A DNA stretch of 64,000 nt, taken from IMG/VR virus record IMGVR_UViG_3300023278_002893, positions 233,726 to 297,725 of that record; one strand, written 5' to 3'. Positions 36,761 through 45,565 of the stretch are shown here, one piece after another (the stretch's first letter is position 1; the number at the start of each line of letters is the position of its first letter). The notes beneath the pieces were generated by a model. That model made no database searches. It was given only the letters and a program-made list of their open reading frames with translations, and was not told where the DNA came from. The translations under genes were made by a program, and so were the position numbers.

Positions 36761-37168
36761 ATGAGTACGAAGCCTTTTAGTAAAGAAATAGCCGGTCATC
36801 TCTGGGAACTGATGCAAGTGACCACAACGAACCGTCGCTTGCACCCCAAGATGCACGAAGGTAGTGTCTTATTCGTAGGATACGCCGATATGATCCTGTC
36901 AGTTGGAGGGATTGACGTTATTGCCCTTCCGGGGAGTAGCATCAAGTTGATCGGGGATCAGATTCATTTTGATCCTAAGCAGGAAAGGGCCAGAGATGGG
37001 AAGCGTTTCTTCCCAGTTTGGTGTCCTATCCTCGCCGAATCGAGAGCAGTCTTCACAGAGTGCCTCAAGAACGATCCGAAAATCATTGAAATGTGCGACC
37101 ATGCCGTTGCCCAGGTGACTCCCGGAACGGCGGCCGCAAACGAAAACCCAAACCCCTTTTTTGGATAA
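36761..37168 (+). CDS. SpoVG-like protein #3 (most divergent)
   Basis: FVGYADMIL...IALPGSSIKL...FDPKQERARDGKRFFPVWCPI..ESRAVFTECL; ends ENPNPFFG. Confidence 0.55.
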   Translation: MSTKPFSKEIAGHLWELMQVTTTNRRLHPKMHEGSVLFVGYADMILSVGGIDVIALPGSSIKLIGDQIHFDPKQERARDGKRFFPVWCPILAESRAVFTECLKNDPKIIEMCDHAVAQVTPGTAAANENPNPFFG

Positions 37169-37195
37169 AGGGTAGTAAGGAGAGTTGGTAATAAA

Positions 37196-37717
37196 ATGGG
37201 TACCAAAAACTTGGTTCTTGGCGTAGTTGTCTTCGCATACTTGGCGGCGATCGTGGTCCCACTCACCCTCTTTGCGACGTCGCACGCAAGGGCCGAAGAA
37301 ACACCTCAGACATACCATCATTACGTTTCGGAATCGGGAACCCTTTCCTTCACCAACAATGTGGATCGTATCCCCGCGGCGTATAAAGACGCTGCCGTGG
37401 TGAAAAAGTTCGATCCTACGGTTCCCAACCCCCGACACACTCCGGGCGAGGTTTATGAATTTGTGCCGGCGCGTGAACGGTTGAAAGCACGCCTTGATCT
37501 TCTTCAATCTGCGGCTTCGGATCAATCCACGTACAGGGCGGCAGATCCGTGTGCCGGATCAGTGACCGTGCGTCAAGAAAGACGTGATTACCGAGAAAGG
37601 GGGCAACAGCGCAACAGCCTCTTTTACGTTGTGGTCGACCACTGCGGGAACGAAAGATCCGCAACAAGATCAGATCCGAGAGCGCTTATCGTTCCGGGGC
37701 ATCCCGATATTAAGTAA
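37196..37717 (+). CDS. exported DUF4124-like protein
   Basis: Signal/TM, then YHHYVSESGTLSFTNNVDRIPAAYK. Confidence 0.65.
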   Translation: MGTKNLVLGVVVFAYLAAIVVPLTLFATSHARAEETPQTYHHYVSESGTLSFTNNVDRIPAAYKDAAVVKKFDPTVPNPRHTPGEVYEFVPARERLKARLDLLQSAASDQSTYRAADPCAGSVTVRQERRDYRERGQQRNSLFYVVVDHCGNERSATRSDPRALIVPGHPDIK

Positions 37718-37779
37718 ACGGATATCGGAGGCTGCCTCATCCGGGGCAGCTCGCCCGGTTCCCATTCCAGGAGTCATTC

Positions 37780-38280
37780 GTGTCCGGCGAAGATGAAGTT
37801 AGTGGTAAATTGATTCAGCTGAATGTCCATCCAAAGTATCGGGATCCCAGCGCTGATGAACCTCTCAACTTTGACCTCGCACTATCCGAAGAAGAACAGC
37901 GGGATCTCGATGACTTCATGTCGGGAGAGGTGGTGGACTTAGATCTACCCGAGCTGAATGAACCGAGCGCAGCCTGCTACCAAGGAATAGGGAACAGCGC
38001 CTGCTACCTTTGCGTACACTGCGAAGATACTCGGCGATGGTGGGAAAGAATACGCACCACTCTTACCAAAGACTTCGTCTGCACAGCAACCCGACTGGAG
38101 GCCACACGTCATCCCGTCAGCGGAGAAAAAAAATACCTGGAAAGAGTAAGGGGAGCACTCGGCTGGGTAGATGCATTGGTAGATGTCCCACATCAGCTTT
38201 GTCAGGCACTAAATCCGGATGGACATTGTCCTGAGTTTCTTTTGAGTCTCCCAAAGAGCAGGCGATCCGAGAAGGAATAA
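37780..38280 (+). CDS. Cys-rich hypothetical protein
   Basis: AGGAG RBS before GTG; CYLCVHC...C...CQALNPDGHCPEF. Confidence 0.7.
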   Translation: MSGEDEVSGKLIQLNVHPKYRDPSADEPLNFDLALSEEEQRDLDDFMSGEVVDLDLPELNEPSAACYQGIGNSACYLCVHCEDTRRWWERIRTTLTKDFVCTATRLEATRHPVSGEKKYLERVRGALGWVDALVDVPHQLCQALNPDGHCPEFLLSLPKSRRSEKE

Positions 38281-38415
38281 CTAAGGTTGTTTCTTCATTT
38301 GTTGATCACATTTCTGAGTGCGTTACATGGACGCACTGAGAAAGAATCCACTAGGGATTCTTTTCATACCGAGGATATCTTAGGATATTCTCTCAAGAGC
38401 ACGTAGGAGATATCA

Positions 38416-38919
38416 GTGAACACTGCTGACCGGAAGTTTGAATTGAGAACATCGTCCCGCAGAAATGGCATCACTGCCGTTCTCGCCGAGGGTTTGGAAA
38501 TGACAGTCACCGTCATTGGATTGACGGATCCCCGTCGGTTGACTCGGAACGAACATGCATATGCCGTTCTGGACATCAATACCGGTTTGGTTCCAATTCG
38601 TGTGCGAGACATCAAGCTCGTGTTCAGTCCGAACAAGAAACGGCTCATCGTCAAGTGGCGGAAGTGGAAGACGGGTTTCAGGCGGGGCGACTGCGACGAG
38701 TGGCTCGACATCGCCGGCCCGCCGAAGCAGGAAGACAGAGAGGCTCTCGATGAGATAATCATTGCGGTCTACAAGCAGATCGTTCAGGAGAGCGAGAACG
38801 GAACGTTGGGGCAGAACAACCTCGACAAGCTGGAAGAGCTGAGAGCCTCCCTGGAAGCGGATAGTTCGGACTCGGCGCCCGCCGGCGATCCCGATACCGA
38901 AGCGGAGCAGAGCGCGTAA
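38416..38919 (+). CDS. SpoVG-like protein #4 with acidic tail
   Basis: HAYAVLDI...IRVRDIKLV...LIVKW...EWLDIAGP.KQEDREALDEIIIAVYKQ. Confidence 0.7.
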   Translation: MNTADRKFELRTSSRRNGITAVLAEGLEMTVTVIGLTDPRRLTRNEHAYAVLDINTGLVPIRVRDIKLVFSPNKKRLIVKWRKWKTGFRRGDCDEWLDIAGPPKQEDREALDEIIIAVYKQIVQESENGTLGQNNLDKLEELRASLEADSSDSAPAGDPDTEAEQSA

Positions 38920-39008
38920 ACCTCGACGTAAGAGAAGATCGAGGATCAAGTGTCGGGTGAAGAGGAGGAGGCGCACGTCTCCTCTTCTTCCCCGACAAAG
39001 GAGTAGGC

Positions 39009-39458
39009 ATGGAAGCCAAAAGGTTCCAACGATTAGATCCCTACTGGCAGGGAATCTCCGCGAGTCGGAGAGAAGGAACTCTCTATGTGAAGATGTCAAG
39101 AGCGCTTGCACTATCCATTTGCTCTCAGTGGACGTTGTTAATCCATGAGCACAAGGAAATTCCACGCGGGGGTCTACCCAAACTATTCGCACTCCTCCAA
39201 GACGAAGAAGCCGGCAGTAGCGCCTACGGTATCAGATCTGTGTTCTACTCCTCTCCTGTAGATGAGTGTAAAGCAGACATCGAAGCAATTGATGCCTTCA
39301 CTTTATTCATGCGATCTGATAGTTATCTCGTCTTACTTAGAAGGACTCTTGAGCTGGGCTTGGAGTCTGATCCGTCTGTGGATTGGATTGCTCGTGTTGG
39401 CGGTGGCCCTGAGCCCGATACCGACCAAGTGGTCTGTAAAGAACGGTGTGGGACGTAA
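39009..39458 (+). CDS. hypothetical protein
   Basis: AAGGAG RBS. Confidence 0.65.
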   Translation: MEAKRFQRLDPYWQGISASRREGTLYVKMSRALALSICSQWTLLIHEHKEIPRGGLPKLFALLQDEEAGSSAYGIRSVFYSSPVDECKADIEAIDAFTLFMRSDSYLVLLRRTLELGLESDPSVDWIARVGGGPEPDTDQVVCKERCGT

Positions 39459-39667
39459 TTTGATCGCGCCGATAAAAATTCCATCTGAAAGCCCTTTGAA
39501 CTAAAGGGTGGAACCAGAAGGAAGTAATAGGTACTACCCGAAGGAATAACTAGGGTTGTTTCTTCACTTCGTGAAGTAGGAACCGACGAGTTGGAGGCAG
39601 TCTTCAAGTCGTCACCAAAACGCAACAAGTTGTCCCGGCTAAGCGCCGGGATGAGGAGACCAAGTAT

Positions 39668-40198
39668 ATGAACGCCAACAATTGCATCATTGTGGGACGC
39701 CTCGCGCGTGCCCCGGAACTGAATATGGGCTTCAAGACCAGCGCCGGCGAGCAAGGCTACCGCTGTTTCATGAGGATCGCGGTCACTCGGATGAGCGATC
39801 TCGCAAAGCCGCGGAAGGAGCAGCGCGCCAACTTCGTCCCCGTTGTTTGCTGGGGGAAGCTCGCGAAGAACAGCGCCGAGTATCTCGATGTGGGTACGGA
39901 GGTGACGGTCATCGGTGAGTTCATGGCCGACAGCCGCCCGAAGCTCAACGGCGCCGGGGAGCACATCGTCGTCGAGGGGAAGAAGCAGTATCACCCCGAG
40001 TCGCTCCACCTCAACGCCTCGTCGATCCAGTTCGGACAGCGCTCGCTGAAGAACAAGAACGGAGGTACCGAGGTTGGTGCCGATGTGAGCACGGAGACTC
40101 CCGCCGGAGAACCCGCCGCTGCCGAGGCTCCGACGCCTGCCGCAGCCGGAGCGAACGGAGACAACCCGTTCGGAGAAGCCGACGCCGCCACGGCGTAG
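39668..40198 (+). CDS. ssb: single-stranded DNA-binding protein
   Basis: NNCIIVGRLARAPEL...FVPVVCWGKLAKNSAEYLDVGTEVTVIG; acidic tail DNPFGE. Confidence 0.9.
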   Translation: MNANNCIIVGRLARAPELNMGFKTSAGEQGYRCFMRIAVTRMSDLAKPRKEQRANFVPVVCWGKLAKNSAEYLDVGTEVTVIGEFMADSRPKLNGAGEHIVVEGKKQYHPESLHLNASSIQFGQRSLKNKNGGTEVGADVSTETPAGEPAAAEAPTPAAAGANGDNPFGEADAATA

Positions 40199-40234
40199 CG
40201 GTCTCTCACAAGCAGTAAATTGCAGTAATAAATT

Positions 40235-40277
40235 GGGGGGTTCCCTGGGTGTATGCCTAGGGAGCCCCCTTTTTTTT
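40235..40277 (+). terminator. intrinsic terminator
   Basis: GGGGGTTCCCTGGG...CCTAGGGAGCCCCC followed by a T8 run. Confidence 0.85.
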
Positions 40278-40624
40278 CGTCAGGATAGCGACCGCGTGCT
40301 GGCATACAAGATCGCGACGGAATGCGCTGAAAAGATTATTCTGGATAATGCCCAACCCGAGCAAGAAGGAGGTTGAACGAAAATGTTTGATCCATTGGGA
40401 GTAATTCTGTATCTTCTGATAAGTATCGGCACTGTCGGTATTCTCTTGGAGAATCCGAATTTTCAAGCGTGGAATATCACATCATTTCAGTGAACTTCTG
40501 GGTAGAAGTAGAGAAGTTTCCAGAGAAGAGAGGTCGAGTAAGATGCGTGCCGGGAGAAAGAAACAATGAATGAAACCATTCGCACAATAGTCGCATCCAG
40601 CCATTATAAAGGGACAATAAGAAC

Positions 40625-40849
40625 ATGACCACACGTATGAGTTTCCCAGAAAGACGTGAGCTGCGTCGTAAAGAAGCAGAAGCGCGGCAGGTAGAGAAAG
40701 ACCAACGCGGAGACGCTGGTCAGCTCAGACACTTAGAAAGTAATGGCTTCGGAGATTGTAAGGAGGCACGTCGCCTTCGTATCGCACTCCTCGGAGGTGA
40801 GCCGGAAGCAATTGAAATTGCGCCGGACAAGGAGCGGAAAGTTGAGTAA
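40625..40849 (+). CDS. hypothetical protein
   Basis: Charged helical composition; overlaps the next ORF. Confidence 0.6.
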   Translation: MTTRMSFPERRELRRKEAEARQVEKDQRGDAGQLRHLESNGFGDCKEARRLRIALLGGEPEAIEIAPDKERKVE

Positions 40850-41047
40850 CGGAAACATCAGTGGTGGGAAGATCGCGCCGGTGATCGCCCTCGTCTTCTT
40901 CATGTTCGCAGGTTTCGCCGTCATGGGCGGTGTGAGTTTCTTCAACGAATCGACCCGGCAGATGAACGCCTATCAAGGCAAGCTCGATGCCAACAACGCC
41001 GACTTCGACAAGATGTGGAAGGTGGGCTTGGAGTTGATCTAAATTAT

Positions 41048-41123
41048 TCCGGAGTAGCTCAGCTGGTAGAGCATCTGACTCTGAATCAGAAGGTCGAAGG
41101 TTCGAATCCTTCCTCCGGATCCA
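41048..41123 (+). tRNA. tRNA-Gln(CTG)
   Basis: TCCGGAG/CTCCGGA acceptor; TCTGA-CTCTGAA-TCAGA; GGTTCGAATCC; T73, CCA encoded. Confidence 0.95.
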
Positions 41124-41169
41124 TAAAAAACAAATAGGTATCAGGGCAGAGGAAGAAAGGACTTTACAA

Positions 41170-41490
41170 ATGACTAATGCTGAAACTCTGATAAGTTTTC
41201 CCTGGGCTGTGATGGATATTGTAAGTAATTACACCATCCAAATAATTCACGACAGCTCTGATCTAGCCAATGATCTACTTCTAACTCCGCCCAATCGAAG
41301 TGCAATTCTGGAGGAGTGTTTTCTCCGCCTCCTTCCGGAATATGAATGGACGCAGGAAGAACACCTCCAAGGTATGTGGTGCAATACAGTGGAAGATTTG
41401 GTTGAATTCTTCGAGGACATCATTGTTGGTGAAAAGAAAGAAAAGCCGGCGGCGGGAGATTTCTTTTTCAACTTCGCCGGATGTAAATAG
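41170..41490 (+). CDS. hypothetical protein between the two tRNA-Gln genes
   Basis: AAGGA RBS. Confidence 0.65.
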   Translation: MTNAETLISFPWAVMDIVSNYTIQIIHDSSDLANDLLLTPPNRSAILEECFLRLLPEYEWTQEEHLQGMWCNTVEDLVEFFEDIIVGEKKEKPAAGDFFFNFAGCK

Positions 41491-41498
41491 TTCCCTAT

Positions 41499-41572
41499 TC
41501 CCCGGTCGTCTAACGGCAGGACAGTAGCCTTTGAAGCTGCGCATCGTGGTTCAAATCCACGTCGGGGATCCA
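41499..41572 (+). tRNA. tRNA-Gln(TTG)
   Basis: TCCCCGG/TCGGGGA; GTAGC-CTTTGAA-GCTGC; GGTTCAAATCC; CCA. Confidence 0.95.
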
Positions 41573-41597
41573 TAAGCCAGGAGACGGCTAGCAACCC

Positions 41598-42608
41598 ATG
41601 AAAGGAAAAATCGTGACTAACGAAAGAGAAGCGGAGCTTCGCAAATTTGAATCCCAAGCCATGCGCATGGTTAGGGCTTACTTACTAAAAGAAGTTTATC
41701 ACGATGCCGATCACGAAGAACTCGCCAAGACCTGGGGTGTAAAAATTCGCAAGGTCAGGCAGCTTTTACTCTTCGAGATCCCGAAGTTTCATGAAATAGT
41801 ACAACTTCTCGATCTCGCTGGTTTTGATCTTGGTATTGCTATCCACGATCCGGGTTCCGGCAAAGAAGTGACTCTTTACGCCGCAAATAATCTATCAGGG
41901 GAAGCGCCCATTGTTCCCAGAATCAAGGAACAAACTCCTAAGTATAAAACTCCAGACACGATCGCGACGGGTTCCGAGGAAGGATTGGATTTCCTCCCCG
42001 TCACGAACGAGAGAGCCGTAGATGGCTCCTTCGACATCGGCACGGAGCTAGGTCCCGATGCCATCGAGGGAGAATTCCAAGAAATCGACTCCAGAGACCT
42101 GCTAACTGTGATGATCGAAGAAGGTCAGCCTTGTGGTGGCTGCGGCCATCAGCCCCGGATGGCAGGTTCCACAATGTGTGAAAACTGTACTCGGGGTACA
42201 GATGTATCGGAGTCATCTCCCACAGAGGTTCAATTCTGCGAGAGATGTAAGTCCGCCGATCATCACGGTGAGGCGTTCTTCTGCGGTGAGTGCGGAACGA
42301 CCTTGGTTTGGAAAGCGACCAACCTCGTAGAGATGTATCTGAGAACGGGTCACCAAGCGGAGCTTGACCGCACTCGGGAATCGGATCTCTGCCATAACTG
42401 CCTGAATCATGCACCGATCCCTGATTCCGATCTTTGTCACTATTGCACCGTGATGGGAGTAGAGTGCGACATTCCAGAAGAGCCGGAAGAATCGGAATAT
42501 CCCCTCAGTTTGAACGCGAGGGTTGATCTGCACAAGGCAGACCAGTCGCGTTCGTCACATACAGAGAGACTCCTACGTCAGTCGGGTCTCATTGAAAGCG
42601 AGGAATAG
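41598..42608 (+). CDS. multi-Zn-ribbon protein with possible N-terminal HTH
   Basis: Six CxxC pairs; ELAKTWGVKIRKVRQLL. Confidence 0.7.
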   Translation: MKGKIVTNEREAELRKFESQAMRMVRAYLLKEVYHDADHEELAKTWGVKIRKVRQLLLFEIPKFHEIVQLLDLAGFDLGIAIHDPGSGKEVTLYAANNLSGEAPIVPRIKEQTPKYKTPDTIATGSEEGLDFLPVTNERAVDGSFDIGTELGPDAIEGEFQEIDSRDLLTVMIEEGQPCGGCGHQPRMAGSTMCENCTRGTDVSESSPTEVQFCERCKSADHHGEAFFCGECGTTLVWKATNLVEMYLRTGHQAELDRTRESDLCHNCLNHAPIPDSDLCHYCTVMGVECDIPEEPEESEYPLSLNARVDLHKADQSRSSHTERLLRQSGLIESEE

Positions 42609-42612
42609 AACC

Positions 42613-43038
42613 ATGAAATTGACCTTCGAACAGACCCAAGGCACTCGAACTTTTTATTTCCCCCTCGATCGTGACAAGGTCACTCCCCCGGAGTTCACCG
42701 TGGTCATCCGACCTCTCAACGGTGAGGACTTCGACTTTGATCCCAACGAAGACCAGTACGAAGCCGGAGTGGCTTTCTGCTCCAAGGACGACCAGTTCTC
42801 CAAGAGGAGAGGACGTCTTCTGGCGTACCACAGAATGTTCGGCAAGAATGCTTTCGTAGGCACCTCGACGGAAATCGCCCACGCAATCGAAGCCAAGCTA
42901 GATTTGTTGGTGTCCCGCCGGCCTTTCTCATTCAGTGCCCCTGCAATTCAGGACGTGCTGCACGTCATCGCGGCCGACGCTCTGGCCGGATACTTCAAGG
43001 CCAAGAAGGAGAATCGCGAAGCGGCGGCGAACGCCTAG
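42613..43038 (+). CDS. phage-type hypothetical protein
   Basis: AGGA RBS; GVAFCSKDDQFSKRRGRLLAY motif. Confidence 0.75.
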   Translation: MKLTFEQTQGTRTFYFPLDRDKVTPPEFTVVIRPLNGEDFDFDPNEDQYEAGVAFCSKDDQFSKRRGRLLAYHRMFGKNAFVGTSTEIAHAIEAKLDLLVSRRPFSFSAPAIQDVLHVIAADALAGYFKAKKENREAAANA

Positions 43039-43112
43039 AAGGAAACACAGTAGTTTCTTCAGGTAGTGAAGAAGTTTCTGTTTAGTGTGTTATAAAAAAC
43101 CTTTCAGAAGGA

Positions 43113-43565
43113 GTGGTGATACCCTTGAAAGATGGGATTACGGTAGGTGAGGCCAGGGAGCAAGTCTCTGGTTTCTTGAGCGAGACAGGCTGCTACGACA
43201 TCTGTGCCAGTTGTCCTGTCTATGGGGAAGATGGCTGTTGCGATGGGTGTGATCATTTGGTGAAGGGTAAAGGATGCGGCCAGCCAAATTTGTCCTGCCT
43301 TTCCTACACCTGTGGGGTGCTGAACATGCACCTAAGTCGCCAGGATGCGAGTGGGAGTCTGTTTCCTAATAGGTTGGATGAACTGACCGATCTGCTCTAC
43401 GGTCTCCCAAGGGAGGGATACCGAGGATGTGAGCGAAGGGACGAGATGGAGGTGCTGATCATCGAAGATCCTCTGAAAATCAATCGAGTTGGTCTCGTGG
43501 CCTTGATCGATGCAGGAATCGCAGACATGATCGAGTCGGACGCAGAGGAGAAAGACAAGCAATGA
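43113..43565 (+). CDS. Cys-rich protein
   Basis: AAGGAG RBS; CYDICASC...GCCDGC...C...CLSYTC. Confidence 0.7.
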   Translation: MVIPLKDGITVGEAREQVSGFLSETGCYDICASCPVYGEDGCCDGCDHLVKGKGCGQPNLSCLSYTCGVLNMHLSRQDASGSLFPNRLDELTDLLYGLPREGYRGCERRDEMEVLIIEDPLKINRVGLVALIDAGIADMIESDAEEKDKQ

Positions 43566-43927
43566 GCACCGAATTCGAACTCGGCGTCGAGGGAGTGGCC
43601 CAGCTCAGGCGGAAGATCCAGGGAGTCCGAAAAGAAAAGGACGGCGTTTATTCCGAACGTAATAGACTGGTAGCAGCTCTCTCCAAACTCTTTCCCTCTT
43701 GGTTGGAAGATCATCCAGCAGAAGATAAGGAGTGGGCAGAGCATTGGAGAACCATCGTGTTCATCGACGGGCCCGGCGGTCAGATGTCTTGGCACATTCA
43801 CTTCTCCGAGATCGAGATGTTCTCACATCTGGAACACCGCGGGGGCGATAGTTGGGACGGGCACACCACCGAACAGAAGTACGAGAGGCTGGCTAGCCTA
43901 ACCGTACTCGAAAGGGCGAGGGAATAA
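43562..43927 (+). CDS. WDGH-motif phage protein
   Basis: ERNRLVAAL...IDGPGGQMSWH...WDGHTTEQKYERL. Confidence 0.75.
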   Translation: MSTEFELGVEGVAQLRRKIQGVRKEKDGVYSERNRLVAALSKLFPSWLEDHPAEDKEWAEHWRTIVFIDGPGGQMSWHIHFSEIEMFSHLEHRGGDSWDGHTTEQKYERLASLTVLERARE

Positions 43928-44230
43928 ATGAGTGAGATGCGACTGCAGGAGGTGTCTCTGATCGGACGGATGAAGAGCGATCCGATCTCCACGGACAGCA
44001 AGGAATGTTATTTCAAGATCGATGCTGGGGGTAATCTTCCCTTCCCCTGCTTTTGTAACGGAAAGACTGCCGAGAACGCAACCAAGTTCCTGAAGGACGG
44101 GGATGAGGTTGCGATCGAGGGTAAGCTACACATGAAGCAGTTCAGGGGTGAAAAGCAACCCATACTGCTTGTATTTGCGAGGCACATTAGTTATGGCAGG
44201 AAGACGCACTCGTTGGTATCCAACTATTAG
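43928..44230 (+). CDS. short SSB/PriB-like OB-fold protein
   Basis: VSLIGRM..DP...PCFCNGKTAENATKFLKDGDEVAIEGKL; no acidic tail. Confidence 0.75.
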   Translation: MSEMRLQEVSLIGRMKSDPISTDSKECYFKIDAGGNLPFPCFCNGKTAENATKFLKDGDEVAIEGKLHMKQFRGEKQPILLVFARHISYGRKTHSLVSNY

Positions 44231-44346
44231 CGGAATCTTTGCGATCTATATAGGTGTGGATGCTCTAAATTATTCTGGAATAAAGGGTCTAATTCTTTGG
44301 CCCTTCTTATTATTAGCTTGGGCGGTATCGTACAAAGTATATTTAT

Positions 44347-44844
44347 TTGTCTGTGAAGGCGATGAGGAAATTATTTATGAAACCAAAGGTAATGGTGGAG
44401 GATCGGGAGAATCTGAGGCTGGTATCGCTCGTCCGAAAGATAGACGAATACCTTCTGCAGCGCCAAACAGCGGAAATCTTCGGACAGCAAGCCGAATCAC
44501 GAGCCGGATTATCGGAGAGGTTGCCCAACGGCAATCTCTTCGTACAAAAGAAGCTGAGTCACGGACTTCGGATTCGAGCCGAGATAGAGAACGACAAACA
44601 GACCGTGACTTTGCGGATTTTCTTAGATCCTCTTAGATTCAATAATTGGACTAAAGCCTTAGGGCCGGTGGAGTTCTTTTATATGGATCCTTTTGGAGTG
44701 GAAGTTTATTTTAAGGCTGGTAAATGGGCGATATCTATAGATAAGAAGGTAGTTCCTTTCAAGAACACCAACGAAATCTATGAAATGGCCCGCATTGAAG
44801 TCCAGACCAGAGGTAATGCACGGAAGCTAGTGCGTGTAGCCTAG
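44347..44844 (+). CDS. hypothetical protein
   Basis: Co-directional; start uncertain. Confidence 0.5.
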   Translation: MSVKAMRKLFMKPKVMVEDRENLRLVSLVRKIDEYLLQRQTAEIFGQQAESRAGLSERLPNGNLFVQKKLSHGLRIRAEIENDKQTVTLRIFLDPLRFNNWTKALGPVEFFYMDPFGVEVYFKAGKWAISIDKKVVPFKNTNEIYEMARIEVQTRGNARKLVRVA

Positions 44845-44853
44845 GAGGTCTCC

Positions 44854-45561
44854 GTGGAAAAATGCAGACCTATTATTTTCTTGATCTTATTAGGATCGTC
44901 TTTGTTTGCGCTCTATTCGAACAGAAGACAGCCTGAGATTATACCCCCATCCCTCATCGAAGAACCAAAACTCCGGTGGTCAGAGCTATCCTTTGAATAC
45001 CGGTTCGTGGTAATGAGTGAGCTTCGTGCAAACCACTTAGTGAAGATCTGCCATGCAGATCCTGAACTAGCATCCCGTATAGTAGCTGCGGTGGAAGAGG
45101 GCGCCGAACTATACAGCTTGGATATCGATCTCGTTCTGGGTCTTATCCTGGTGGAATCTCACTGCTCTCCCGAAGCCGTGAGTTTTATGGGAGCACTGGG
45201 GCTGATGCAGGTCATGCCCGCAACTGGGAAGTTCATCTCACACTCGTTGGGATTCAAATGGTCAGGTGATGGGGTTCTTCGGGCGATAGAAAGCAACATC
45301 GCTTATGGAACTTGGTATCTACATTACTTACGGACACGCTTTCCGAAAAACGAACATGCTGTTATCGCCTCCTATAATTGGGGGCCGGAACACATACAAG
45401 GAAGGATAAATCGATCCGAGCCTCTTCCCCAAGTTTATCCGGGGAAAGTGTATGAAGCCACAGAAAAACTCCGTCAATATATCTGGAGCGACGAATACAA
45501 TAAGATATATTGGCAAGGTGTGGATAAATACATCGAGAACGCTCGAAGAGAGGGAAGATAA
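44854..45561 (+). CDS. membrane-anchored SLT lytic transglycosylase
   Basis: LILVES (catalytic Glu), GALGLMQVMPATG, NIAYGTWYL, ASYNWGP; N-terminal TM. Confidence 0.9.
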   Translation: MEKCRPIIFLILLGSSLFALYSNRRQPEIIPPSLIEEPKLRWSELSFEYRFVVMSELRANHLVKICHADPELASRIVAAVEEGAELYSLDIDLVLGLILVESHCSPEAVSFMGALGLMQVMPATGKFISHSLGFKWSGDGVLRAIESNIAYGTWYLHYLRTRFPKNEHAVIASYNWGPEHIQGRINRSEPLPQVYPGKVYEATEKLRQYIWSDEYNKIYWQGVDKYIENARREGR

Positions 45562-45565
45562 TAAT

